Origin: Eledone cirrhosa
Lineage: Eukaryota
Direction of reading: 5' to 3'
Assembly (NCBI GenBank): GCA_964016885.1
Contig: CAXHJY010001664.1
Coordinates: 1-52,999, forward strand
DNA length: 52,999 nt
The position numbers and the translations under genes are program-made. The notes below the pieces were generated by a model, which did not search any database, was not told where the DNA came from, and saw nothing but the letters and a program-made list of their open reading frames with translations. Every line of letters begins with the position of its first letter. Position 1 is the first letter of the stretch. Positions 40,536 through 52,999 of this stretch are shown here, piece by piece.

Positions 40536-40739
40536 TTTGGTATGAACTATGATCGATTTTATTGATTATATAAAGCTTCCTGAAATATTTGTGGCCTTGT
40601 GTCATACAAATAGGGACCAATTTTTATTCTATTTGGGGACCAACATTTATTTTTGTGTGTATGTGTGGGGAAAGGATTGTGAAAAAAGACCAATAACTCT
40701 TAAGGTCCTGTACAACATAAAACTCGATCAGTAAGTTTT

Positions 40740-41257
40740 ATTGGAAAAATAAGAACATCATTATGATTGTGTATGATTAAAAATTAAAGTCTTTACTTTA
40801 ACGTTGTAAATCTTCACAATGATCTGTCCATTAGTAAAGATAGTATTTGAATTAACAAACCACATGAAACCACATTAGTGAGACATTCTTAAAATGTACA
40901 AAAGAGACATTCTTAAAATATACAAAACAGAACTATGATTGCATCACATTAAAAATTGAACTATAGTTTAATCTAAATGTTCACAATAATCTGTCCACTA
41001 GTAAAGATACTTTAAACATTTGAATTAACAAACCACATTAGCAAGACTTTCTTGAAAAGCACAACACAGAACTATGACAACATCACATTAAAAATTAGTT
41101 TTTAGTATAGTTAATACGAAGCATTATCGATTAAAGGCTTTAGTTTATTGTACATTTTCACAAAATGTCCCACTAGTAAACATATTAAAAGCATTTGAAT
41201 TAACAAACTTGATTTAAAATATTTTCTGCTAAATCATTACAGGATATTAAGAGTTAA
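40740..41257. repeat. ~150-bp tandem array, second locus
   Basis: Homologous to 50710-51492 in the same orientation. Confidence 0.7.
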
Positions 41258-41793
41258 TATATAAAAACAAAGAACGCAAATCATAAACAAAGACTATTTC
41301 GAGGTCGGCATATGGAAAAAGCAAGCAAAATATAGGCAACCCACACCCAATCGTTTTAATGGCAATCGGAGAGGGCTTAGTTATTATGGACCACCCGAAG
41401 TCCTCTTATTCATCATTTGGGAACAATTTAGTTTTTAGTTCGACAGAATCAATCTTCTAACTGAATTTTATCGACCTTTTAAATTTGATTGATTTTTTAT
41501 TGGTATTTTTATTGATTTTTTTTTTCTGAATACGGACAATAATATTGCATAACCCAGCAACCGGTGCTGTTATGATGATGATGATGGTGGTGGTGGTGGT
41601 GATGATAATGAGGAGGAGGAGGGGGGGGGGAGGGGAGGCAGGGGAACAGTGGTTAAAACAAAGTTTTGTGTCCGAGAATGAAAGAGTTAAAATAATAAAA
41701 CTAAAGTTGATTATGAAATGTAGGTTGGAATACATTTCGGTGTAATGCGTGTGTGTGTTTGTATGTGAGCATGTGTATCTGAGCGTGTGTGTA

Positions 41794-41824
<31 letters not shown>

Positions 41825-41944
41825 TTCCAAATTATAACATATATCTCATGTGATCAAGATCTCTTCTGGGGACAGTAAGAAAATAAAGTACCAGTCAAAT
41901 ACTGGGGTCGATATAATCATGCTAGAAATTATTATTATTATTAA

Positions 41945-42190
41945 GGCGGTGGATTGGCAGTAATCGCTAGAGCGTCGGACAACATGCTTTGCAGCATAGA
42001 GTTATGGCCTTTTACGTTCTGAGTTCCAATCCCGCTGAGGTTAACTTTGCCTTTCATCCTCACGAGGTCGATAAAATAAAGTAGCAGTAATACACTGAGG
42101 TCGATATAATCGACCCTCCCCCCTCCACACACACACACACACCTTTCCCTTCAAATTGTTGGCGTTCTGTCTAAATGTAGAAACATTTAT
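41945..42190 (+). mobile_element. SINE family 1 (longer-tail variant)
   Basis: Homologous to 1676-1893. Further partial copies at about 12630-12735 (-), 24586-24682 (+), 27253-27350 (-), 32005-32095 (+) and 49080-49190 (-). Confidence 0.8.
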
Positions 42191-42618
42191 AAAACTGCTG
42201 TTCTTGATTTCAGTTTTCTACAAGTGGGAAAGATATTATTTTGTTTTGAAAATCTAAACTACCTTAATAGGGCTTGTAAATATTAACTTATATATTTATA
42301 ATGATGTGGAGGAGTGTGGAGAAGGAATATGGGGGGTGGGGAGAAGGTACTTGTCCATAATTCAATCATTGATCGGTGTATGTATTTTTTTTTTTTTTTT
42401 TTGTAATTTTTAATTATTTTTTTGTAAAAAATATTTAGTAAAATCAGCTTCAATTGGAACAATTGAGGCCTCAAAAACAAAATATATTTGAATAAAAAAA
42501 AACATGAACAAAATGTTGTATAGTTGTTAGTATTTCTTTATCTCTTTTTTTAGAGAGTGGTATTTTTTGTATTGTTACTCTACCTTATGTTTCAGGATAC
42601 TCCACCTAAACAGTTACA

Positions 42619-42679
<61 letters not shown>

Positions 42680-42788
42680 TTATCCCGGGTTCAATCGGGG
42701 GTAACCACAGTAAGTAAGGTACTCAATACAAAGCAGAGTATAAATATTTAATATAGAAAGGTTTCTACAGGACTAGAACTGTTTCATC

Positions 42789-42841
42789 AGGCTTCCTGAT
42801 GATTTCTCCCGAATGAAACAGTTCTAGTCCTGTAGAAGCCT
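42789..42841 (+). ncRNA. Type I hammerhead ribozyme motif family A
   Basis: AGGCTTC-CTGATGA-TTTCTCCCGAAT-GAA-ACAG ttctagtc CTGT-A-GAAGCCT: 7-bp stem I, 4-bp stem III, GUA cleavage triplet (after 42834). Confidence 0.85.
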
Positions 42842-42849
42842 TTCTATAT

Positions 42850-42899
<50 letters not shown>

Positions 42900-42905
42900 G
42901 ATGAG

Positions 42906-42952
42906 ATTCTACAGGACTAGAACTGTTTCATTCTTTAGAAATCATCAGGAAT
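42906..42952 (-). ncRNA. Hammerhead motif family A (inverted arm)
   Basis: Reverse complement of 42964-43010, with a 4-bp stem I. Confidence 0.7.
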
Positions 42953-42960
42953 GGTGATCA

Positions 42961-43013
42961 GAGATTCCTGATGATTTCTAAAGAATGAAACAGTTCTAGT
43001 CCTGTAGAATCTC
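42961..43013 (+). ncRNA. Type I hammerhead ribozyme motif family A
   Basis: GAGATTC-CTGATGA-TTTCTAAAGAAT-GAA-ACAG ttctagtc CTGT-A-GAATCTC. Stem I differs from the 42789 copy by compensatory changes. Confidence 0.85.
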
Positions 43014-43094
43014 ATCTATATTAAAACTTTTATACTCTGCAATGTATTGAGTACCTTACTTACTGTGGTTACCTCCGACTCAACCGGGAATAAC

Positions 43095-43163
<69 letters not shown>

Positions 43164-43197
43164 AATTTTTTATTTCATATTTTATATCCAAATAAAG

Positions 43198-43271
43198 ATT
43201 CTTTCTGATGAACGAATTCAGACGCTTCAGTTAGAATCGTCTAACTTCGTGAAACCTTTGGTAAATGGAAT
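43198..43271 (+). ncRNA. Type I hammerhead ribozyme motif family E
   Basis: ATTCTTT-CTGATGA-ACGAA..AGACG..CGTCT..TTCGT-GAA-ACC ttt GGT-A-AATGGAAT. Stem I has one bulge. A related 3' half lies at about 36690-36838 on the minus strand. Confidence 0.75.
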
Positions 43272-44608
43272 AATTATAGTGTGTTGTTTATTACATAATT
43301 AAATAGCTCTGTACTATACATAGAACACTCTTCTTTCCTTTACCTTTTCCACGGAAATACTTAACATATATACATGCCTATATAGATAAGGGTGGGATAT
43401 GAGGATATGATAATGCATGTAAAGCAATGAAAAACCCATACAATAACCAACATGGGAGTCGAATAAGTTTCAAAAATTATTAATATATATATATATAAAG
43501 AAAACAAGGTAAATAGAAAGACGAAACCTGCAATAGTTACTGCAATGTCGTCTCCTTAAATTATATTACATCACCGGAAATGACATTTACAAATTAGCAA
43601 AACACCGGAAATGACCTACCATTGACACACGACATTCTGACGTGGGCATGTTACAGACTGTCGCGTTCTTATAAGTCAGACACAAGTGTGTATACTGTTG
43701 TTGTTGTTATTGTGATTATTTGTTGTTGTTTTTTTTATGGTGTTGTTGCTGTTGTCGTCTGTTGTTGCTGTTGTCGTTATTGATGATGCTGTTGTTGTTG
43801 TTGCTGTTGCTGTTGCTGCTCTCGTCTGTTGTTGTTTTTTTTTTCATTCATTTACTAACAATTGACATTGCAGTTGACAATAGAATCTGCCTTGCTAATT
43901 GTTTAACATATATTGCTGATGTGAGCAGACGTCTACTGTCGCCATCTTGTTGTGTGTCTATAGGAAAGTCTTTGTTTTTATTATAATAACCGAAAGGAAG
44001 GAAGACCAGGAGTATATGTGATGTGGGTTTAGGCTCTACAGGGTTCTCTTGCTAATTATACTTGTTTCTTATTCTTATTCTTCCTTTTCTTTGTCTTCTT
44101 CTTCTATTTCTTCTTCCTTGTCTTATTATTTATTCATTTTCTTCTTCTTCTTCTTCTTCTTCTTCTTTGTCTTCTTCCGCTATTTCTTCTTCTTTGTCTT
44201 ATTATTTATTCATTTTCTTCTTCTTTTCTTCGTCTTCTTTGTCTTCTTCTTCGTGTCCTTTATTCATTCTTCTTCTTCTTCTTCTTCTTCTTCTTCGCTC
44301 GCTTATCCCCAAGATAGTTGTATGTGCAGAGTCCTCAGACACGCCTTCCAGAGGTTCACATATCACAAGCAACCGTCTCCAATTGAGCCGATCTCGCGGG
44401 ATCCCCAAGCGAGACCAACCGAGCTGTAGATCGGCGAAATCAGTAGAACAACAGACAAAATCTTTTGTAGTATGTAAGCTATATGGCTTTGTGATTGTGG
44501 TTTCACAAATTAGAGAATTCAATTCGATGAATATAGCAGAGTATTTATATTTTATTAATAGCCAATGAGCTACAGTGCCACAGTGTTTATTATTTATCAA
44601 TCAATAAT

Positions 44609-45125
44609 GGCGGGATTGGCAGTATTGGTAGAGGGTTGGACGCCATGCTTTGACGCATAGAGTTACGGCCCTTTCCATTCTGAGGTCAAATCCCGCCAAG
44701 GTTAACTTTGCCTTTCATCCTTACGGGGTCGATAAAATAAAGTATCAGTAATGCACTGGGATAATTGCTGGCCTTGTGCCAAAAATAGAAACAATTATTT
44801 ATCAATCAATAATTGTTTCTACTTTAGGCACAAGGCCAGCAATTACCCAGTACATTACTGGTACTTTATGTTATCGACCCCGTAAGAATGAAAGGCAAAG
44901 TTAACCTGTGGATTAGCAGTAGAATCGGTAGAGCGTTGGACGCCATGCTTCTTGGCACAGAGTTACGTCCCTTTACGATCTGAGTTTAAATTCCGCTGAG
45001 GTTATAGCTTCGCCTTTCATCCTTACAGGGACGATAAAATAAAGTACCAGTAACGCACTGGGGTCGATTTAACCGACTCCCACCCCACCCCACAAAAATC
45101 GTTGGCCTGGTGCTTAAATCGGAAA
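44609..45125. mobile_element. Cluster of three SINE family 1 copies (+, -, +)
   Basis: 44609-44797 (+) with direct repeat TTATTTATCAATCAATAAT; 44810-44907 (-) 3' half; 44908-45125 (+). Confidence 0.85.
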
Positions 45126-46425
45126 TCTGATAAGTGCTTTGATAACTTAAAAACACCTCGTCCTTCCACCCACTTGTTACACACAACTCCACACTCTCTT
45201 CTGGACGTGATGGCGAACAAACTCACTAAGATCATTATTACGTACTGATTTAATGAAAATATGACTGCTCGAATTTAATGTTTATTTAAGACTTTTTCCT
45301 ATTTGCTTATTTGTTTTAATAGTTTTTGTGTGTTTCTATATAGCTTGAGTGGAAGCGTTTCGCTTAGTCGTTAGAGAATTGGAATCGCAATTGTGAGGTT
45401 GCGGGTTCGATTCCTGGACCGGGCGATGCGTTATGTCCTTGAGCAAAACACTTTATTTGAGGTTGTTCTTTCTGCCATGGCTATCAGCAATGGAAAGATC
45501 AATGGAAACATTGTTTCCTTGGTCCCATCTGACGAGTCCCAACTCACTCGGTAAGCGAATGAGGTCTTCAGTCTTGTCGATCGTTCAAGCAAGGATGGCT
45601 CTAGCTTTATCATCCTATATGGAACTGCCCAGAAAAACGAACAAATTAGAATATTACTTAAGGAAACTGTATTAATAGCAAAGTATAAAGCAAAAAAAAA
45701 AATCAACACATTTGATATAAGTCCTACCTTCGCCCTTTCCCCCTCCCTTTCTTCTAGGGCCTAATAGTTCTTGCTGCTTTTTCCATCTTTTTCCTCACAT
45801 TTATGGCATTTATAGTTCTTTCCTCTACTTTCCATTACAGCCAGATCTACCCTTCGTAATCTGTTAAACAATATAAAATCTAATAGTGAAGATTTTCACC
45901 TGATCCAACATCATTCACACAATCCTCCGGTTGCCTGATACAAAACGCAGCTACAACACGCCACCATTATAACTATATTCTGAAAATAAGACCGCGAAAG
46001 TCTTGCAATGGTAATAGACTAAGAAACATTACTGATCTAAACTAAACAGTACAGACATGTAAGGAAATATATAAAGGATCTTAAATATAAAGTTAAAAAA
46101 TTAACACAGTCGTGTTTCCTGTTACGTTGGAAAGAAAACCTGCTCCCTGTTTAGACTTACACACAGAAACACACGCACACTGTATGTGTGTGTATATATA
46201 TATATGTGTGTGCGTGTGTGTGTATAAACACAGAAACACACACACACACTATGGATATATGTGTGTGTTTATACATATTAATGCATACATATCCATTTAT
46301 ATATATATACATACATATATATATATAAACATATGTATGCATATATATGCATGCATACGTATATACAAACACACACACACACATATACATACATACATAC
46401 ATACATACATACATACATACATACA

Positions 46426-46458
<33 letters not shown>

Positions 46459-46538
46459 GTGTGTGTTTATATATATAATGATCTAATTTTTCTTTGTATG
46501 GAGAACATTACAGCAGAGTTTAAGTCAACAGCAATATA

Positions 46539-46601
<63 letters not shown>

Positions 46602-46748
46602 GGGGGGGGATAGTGTAGTAGATGAATAGATTGGGTTGGTGAGGAATAGAAGTAGGGAGAAAGATAGAAATATGTATGGAATGTATGTAAGCAACCTAAA
46701 AAGCAACGAGTGACTGCCTCACCTTCCTAGTGAGAGATAGATAGATAA

Positions 46749-46810
<62 letters not shown>

Positions 46811-46933
46811 AAAGTGAAACAGACCAGGGCAAGATTGATAGATAGATAAGGAGAACTAAAGAGAGAGGGAGAGAGAGGGTGAGAAAGAGTAAGAGAATGA
46901 GAAAGGGAAAAAGAAAGTGAAACAGACCAGGGC

Positions 46934-46967
<34 letters not shown>

Positions 46968-47000
46968 AATATATATATACATACATACACACACACATAT

Positions 47001-47110
<110 letters not shown>

Positions 47111-48091
47111 GTCATAAATTGACAAATTATATTAATTTTCACCATTCATGAGTAAAATTCTGTCTGTAATGGAGACACGATTTGTCTGTGTGTGTGTGTA
47201 CGTGTATGTGTACGGATGTATGCTGTCTGGAAAAATAGTCATTAGGGTTGGTCGCCTGTTGTCACATACGTGTGTGTTTAGGTTACGTTTATATATATGT
47301 GTGTGTGTGTGTGTGTGTTTATGATGGAGTATATAATACATATGTATTATATATACATATGTATGTACGTCATATTTAACTCTACTCTATGTATTGAGCT
47401 CTCTATGAGATAATGTCCCACTCTAGATATTTTACTGTGTTCTCCATCAAAGTATTTTTGTGGACCTTAGAAATATTTGATGTTACCCATCTTCCCGTAA
47501 CTGGTACAGTCAGTTGTTGGGGTGCCACTCTAGATGGGATCCTGGTACAGCCAGTCGCTGGGGTGTCACTCTAGATATTTATCTGTGTTTCCATCATGGC
47601 AATTCAGTGGACCTTCAAAATATTTAGTGGTACCAATCCCCCCGTAACTGGTGCAGTCTGTCGTAATGGTACTGTGTTGAAAAATAAACCTCATTCAGTC
47701 ATTCCATGAGAGTACTTTGGTCAGCCTATTAACTTTTCAGCCTGTGAAGGAATGATGCTAGAGCTGTGAAATCTTGCATGCATTAATTTCAACTCTTCTT
47801 ATTAATAACTGCATTGTTTCTTTCCGGGGACTACGTTGAAAAATAAACCTCATTTGCTCATTCCATGAGAGTATCTTGGTCAGCCTATGAACTTTTCAGT
47901 CGAACCTCTTACGCTTTATATTTTATGGAAGGTGACACGATACGAAATGTGGTTGGATGATGGCCGGATATCCTGTTTGTTCATAACGATGAATAATTAG
48001 GAATTGAATAATCAGACAAAAAATCAACAGAGTTAATTAACCAGTAATTAACTCATTACTGACAGACGACAGCCGTAATTATAAATTAAAC

Positions 48092-48161
<70 letters not shown>

Positions 48162-48260
48162 ATACACTACAGAGGTTTACCTAAAATACTAAAATAGACA
48201 CACACATACCACATTCCGAATTAAACATCGTCAAACGCAGTAAATGTCCTGAGCTATTTA

Positions 48261-48614
48261 CGAGGGCAGGCTAAAATGTTCTTTGGCTGACTATGAAGGA
48301 GTGATGTTAGAGCTGTGAAATCTTGCATGCATTAATTTCAGCTCTTATTAATAATTGCATTGTTTCTTCCCAGGGACTATGTTGAAAAGCAAACCTCATT
48401 TAGGTCTTCCATGAAAGTATCTTGGTCAGCCTATGAACCTTTCAGCCTATGAAGGAGTGATGCTAGAGCTGTGAAATCTTGTATGCATTAATTTCAACTC
48501 TTCGTATTAACAACTGCATTGTTGCTTTCCAGGGACTATTTTGAAAAATAAATCTAATTTGGTCATTCCATGAGAGTATCTTGGTCAATTTATGAACTTT
48601 CCAGCAGACCCTTG
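48261..48614. mobile_element. Tc1/mariner-type MITE with internal tandem duplication
   Basis: TA-CGAGGGCAGGCTAAAATGTTC... and ...GAACTTTCCAGCAGACCCTTG-TA imperfect TIRs with TA target duplication. Partial sister copy at about 47670-47912. Confidence 0.7.
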
Positions 48615-49611
48615 TATTCTATTTGGTAAATATTGAAAAAGTAGTAACAGCCTTTCCATGGCGCCTCGTCAGTTTTGAATCTACAACGAGGTTGTCCCTA
48701 ACTGTGGAACCAATATAGCGAAACACGTGTACAACAACGTCTAGTTTCTTTACTTTTTTGTCTTAGTGTAAGGATGAGCTGTAGTGTTTTCTCCCATATT
48801 GAAAACTCCTGAGAATCTGTCCATATGATCTGTAAGCATTTTGTAGAGTCTAATGTGTTCTATTTTTTAAGACGCTAGAATAAGATTTGAGGCAATGAAT
48901 TGGCAGAGTCGTTAGAACGTCGGATAGAATGCCTTGCGGTATTCGTTTCGGCTCTCTGCTCTGATTAATTTTTTTAATTTTTCCAAAACCCTACTCCACC
49001 CCACCCCTGCTTTTATTCCATCTATCACTTAAAATTTTATTGTAAGTGATTCATATTGATACAGCAGCTGGAGAATCTAATAATTGTTTCTACTTTTGGC
49101 ACAAGGCCAGCAATTAGCAAGTACATTACTGGTACTTTATTGTATCGACCCCGTAAGGATGTAAGGCAAAGTTAATCTCGACGACATTTAAAAAACATTG
49201 TATGATATATGACAAAAAAAGAACATTATAAGAAATCCTATATTTACGAACGTATATTATACAATTACCGATTCCCCCTCTTCGTTTATAAGTATTTAAG
49301 CAAATGTCCACCAACACCACCACCGCCGCCATCCGCTTATTCCACCCCTCCCCTATTATTTGGGATCCGAGAGTACATCATCGTTGTACTGTGTTGACCT
49401 CATATGTTGTTTTTCCGTTCACGATTTTGTGTTTACATCACTGGTTCGATTTGCAAGTTGTTTTGAAGGCGTGGAGTAGTGTAAATAAATCCCAAGACAG
49501 CATATTAAGTACATTAAATGATTTGGTTACATGAAACCAACGTTATGTGGACCTCAGCAGGAACGACTTCACATTTCAATTCTCTGGAGTGGATAAAAAT
49601 AAGTCAACCTC

Positions 49612-49970
49612 CAAATATCCCGGTCAGCTCAATCACTTACCCCACCCTATTACATACCCTGGTTGGCTCAATCACTTACCCCACCCTATTACATACCCTG
49701 GCTGGCTCAATCACTTACCCCCACCCTATTACATACCCTGGCTGGCTCAATCACTTACCCCCACCCTATTACATACCCTGGTTGGCTCAATCACTTACCC
49801 TACCCTATTACATACCCTGGTTGGCTCAATCACTTACAACACCCTATCAAATATCCCGGTTGGCTCAATCACTTACCCCACCCTATTACATACCCTGGTC
49901 GGCTCAATCACTACCCCACCCTATTACATACCCTGGTTGGCTCAATTACTTGCCCCACCCTATCAAATAT
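49612..49970. repeat. 39-40-bp minisatellite (~9 units)
   Basis: Unit GGTTGGCTCAATCACTTACCCCACCCTATTACATACCCT. Confidence 0.92.
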
Positions 49971-50709
49971 GGTGTCTTGAATTAATGTCAGAAATGAATA
50001 CGTCTGGTAGTTCTCGAAACAACAACAGTAACAACAACATCAGTGACAACAGCAACAGCAACAACATCAGTAACAACAACAACAGCAGCAACAACAACAA
50101 CATCATCAGCAATAACACCAACGGTAACAGCGCCAACAGCCACAACATCACCAACAACAATAGCAATAACAACACCAACAATAACAACATAGTAATTCCA
50201 AATATAGTTTAGTTTAGCCATTGTATCTAGTGTCCAATATTAACTTCTCCTCATCTCCCCCCCCCCCCCTCCATACTAACATTAACTTCTCCCCATCTCC
50301 CCCACCCCTTCCACACCCACCTCCATACTAACTTCTCCCCATCTCCCCCACCCCTTCCACACCCACCTCTATACTAACATTAACACCAATGTGCCGCCAT
50401 AAGCAATATTGTATCATACATCATAACATTGCTCTCAATTTCACACATGTAAAAGTTAAGATATTCCGTTCCCATGGGCAGAAGCAATAGATACGCCTTT
50501 CCTTTCAGCAGAAAGCTAACTGCTAACTGATGCTTGCTTGCACTACGACATTGTATTTTAAATTAAAGAAACTTTTCATTTTATATATTTTGTTAAATGT
50601 CTTCATCTTTTCGTCAAATTCTTTTGGGGCTATTTTTTTCTTTTTAACCTTTTCCAACTCGGTTTCGTTTTCTTACTGAAAATTTTTACAATGTCTCTTG
50701 CGACGAGTA

Positions 50710-51492
50710 ATGATAACAAGCCACAAGAAAGTACATTAGCAAGACATTGCTAAAATGTACAAAGTCTTTATTCCAATACTGTAAATGTTCATAATAATCT
50801 GTCCACTAGTAATGACACTGTAAATATTTGAATTAACAAACCAGAAGAAAGCACATTAGCAAGACAATAAATTGTACAAAACAACACTATGATTGTATTA
50901 CATTAAAATTTAGTCTTTATTCTAATACTGCAAATTTTCACAACGATCTGTCCACCAACACAAATAAAGATACTATAAATATTTAAATTAACAAACCACA
51001 AGAAACCACATTAGCAAAATATTCTTTAAAAGTACAAAACAACACTATAACTGCATCATATTAAAGATTAAAGTCTTTACTCTAATACTGTAAATTTTCA
51101 AAACAATCTGTCTACTAGTAAAGACACTGTAAATATTTGACTTAACAAACCACAAGAAACTACATTAGCAAAATATTCTTTAAAAGTACAAAACAACGCT
51201 ATGAGTGTATCATATAAAAGTTTTAAGTCTTTATTCTAATACTGTAAATTTTCATAACGATCTGTCTACTAGTAAAGACACTGTAAATATTTGAATTAAC
51301 AAACCACAAGAAACCATTGCCATTAAAGATACTATAAATATTTAATTTAACAAATCGCGAAACAACATTATGACAGAATCACATTAAATACGAAAGACTT
51401 TACAGTAATACAGAAATGATTTCACAACGATCTGTCCACCAGTAAAAACACTATAAATATTCTGCTAATTCAGTACAGATTGTTAAGAGTTA
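50710..51492. repeat. ~153-bp tandem array inside a dispersed element
   Basis: About 5 units (TTAACAAACCACAAGAAACCACATTAGCAA...ATCTGTCCACTAGTAAAGA). A homologous array at ~40740-41257 shares the terminus CTGCTAA..TACAG..TTAAGAGTTAA. Confidence 0.75.
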
Positions 51493-51718
51493 AAAGAGTG
51501 GGCTGGTGCTATACAGCGACCTCTACAGTTGGCCATCAATAACTAACAACATGACAGAGATATTCCTTATCAGCATTCAATCTGAAATAAATTGCAATTC
51601 CGGTTAGTCCCCTAAAGTGTCGTATTTTAAACAAATGGTAAATGGGACATTACCATCTAAATTAACAGGAAATGAATTTAGGAAGGGAATGGAACCGGGT
51701 CGTTGTCGTTTGGGGTTC

Positions 51719-51796
<78 letters not shown>

Positions 51797-51932
51797 GTTC
51801 TATTTACATGCCAACACAAGAGCAAGAATGAGGGGCTCATTCTACTGACATGGCTATAAAATTGAGGCTTGTTTGCATAATTGCAAACGAATCGAATGTT
51901 GTTATTAATATTCGAAAAACTCAGATTACATT

Positions 51933-51964
<32 letters not shown>

Positions 51965-52088
51965 CATATATACACATATATATATATACATATATATATA
52001 TATACATATATATATACATATATATACATATATATATATATACATATATGTATATATATATATACATATATATATATATACATATATG

Positions 52089-52120
<32 letters not shown>

Positions 52121-52126
52121 CATATA

Positions 52127-52158
<32 letters not shown>

Positions 52159-52184
52159 CATATATATATATATACATATATGTA

Positions 52185-52218
<34 letters not shown>

Positions 52219-52373
52219 CATATATGTATATATATATATATGTACATATATATATATACATATATATATATACATATATATATATACATATATATATATA
52301 TACATATATCTATATATACATATATATATACATATATCTATATATATATACATATATATATACATATATATAA

Positions 52374-52475
<102 letters not shown>

Positions 52476-52491
52476 ATATATATATATATAC

Positions 52492-52530
<39 letters not shown>

Positions 52531-52581
52531 GATAGATATATATATACATATATATATATATACATATACATATATATATAC

Positions 52582-52627
<46 letters not shown>

Positions 52628-52805
52628 TAGAATAATGGATTCAAGTTTAAACAAAGAATCACTGCTTTCACCCTTAACGATTCTTTGCTTAAACTTTAAT
52701 CTGTTATTTTAATAAATATTTGCTCTAGTGTTCTTATATATTTGATATATATTTATCCTTATCGAGCCCTCTTTGGATTTTAGTCTTCAAATTTATTATT
52801 ATTAC

Positions 52806-52974
<169 letters not shown>

Positions 52975-52999
52975 GTTTATTTTTAGCATTTATAGTGCT

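Noticed and set aside
48690-48740. GAA-ACACGTGT-A palindromic stem III remnant
   Set aside because: No recognisable CTGANGA core or stem II upstream; too decayed to call.

Overview
Eukaryotic, AT-rich genomic DNA packed with microsatellites. The SINE/LINE repertoire suggests a coleoid cephalopod, probably an octopod (inference). Almost every ORF in the supplied track is a microsatellite artefact. One real gene can be assembled on the + strand: a 4-exon secreted meteorin-family (METRN/METRNL-like) protein of about 280 aa. Its exons are 8343-8461, 35566-35936, 37180-37236 and 38184-38479, with a ~27-kb first intron. The most striking non-coding signal is a set of short (100-400 bp) elements sitting in (TA)n tracts. 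They carry type I hammerhead ribozyme motifs: about 13 copies with the full core and all three stems, in 5 sequence families, plus a degenerate sixth family and three families of 3' half-ribozymes. Stem I shows compensatory changes between copies. Many copies are fold-back palindromes, several pivoting exactly on the helix at the stem II position, and most families share a downstream RCTC...GAGYRC hairpin. This resembles solo terminal repeats of Penelope-like retroelements or retrozyme-type elements. The rest is tRNA-derived SINEs, RTE-clade LINE fragments, a non-autonomous Helitron, MITEs and minisatellites.
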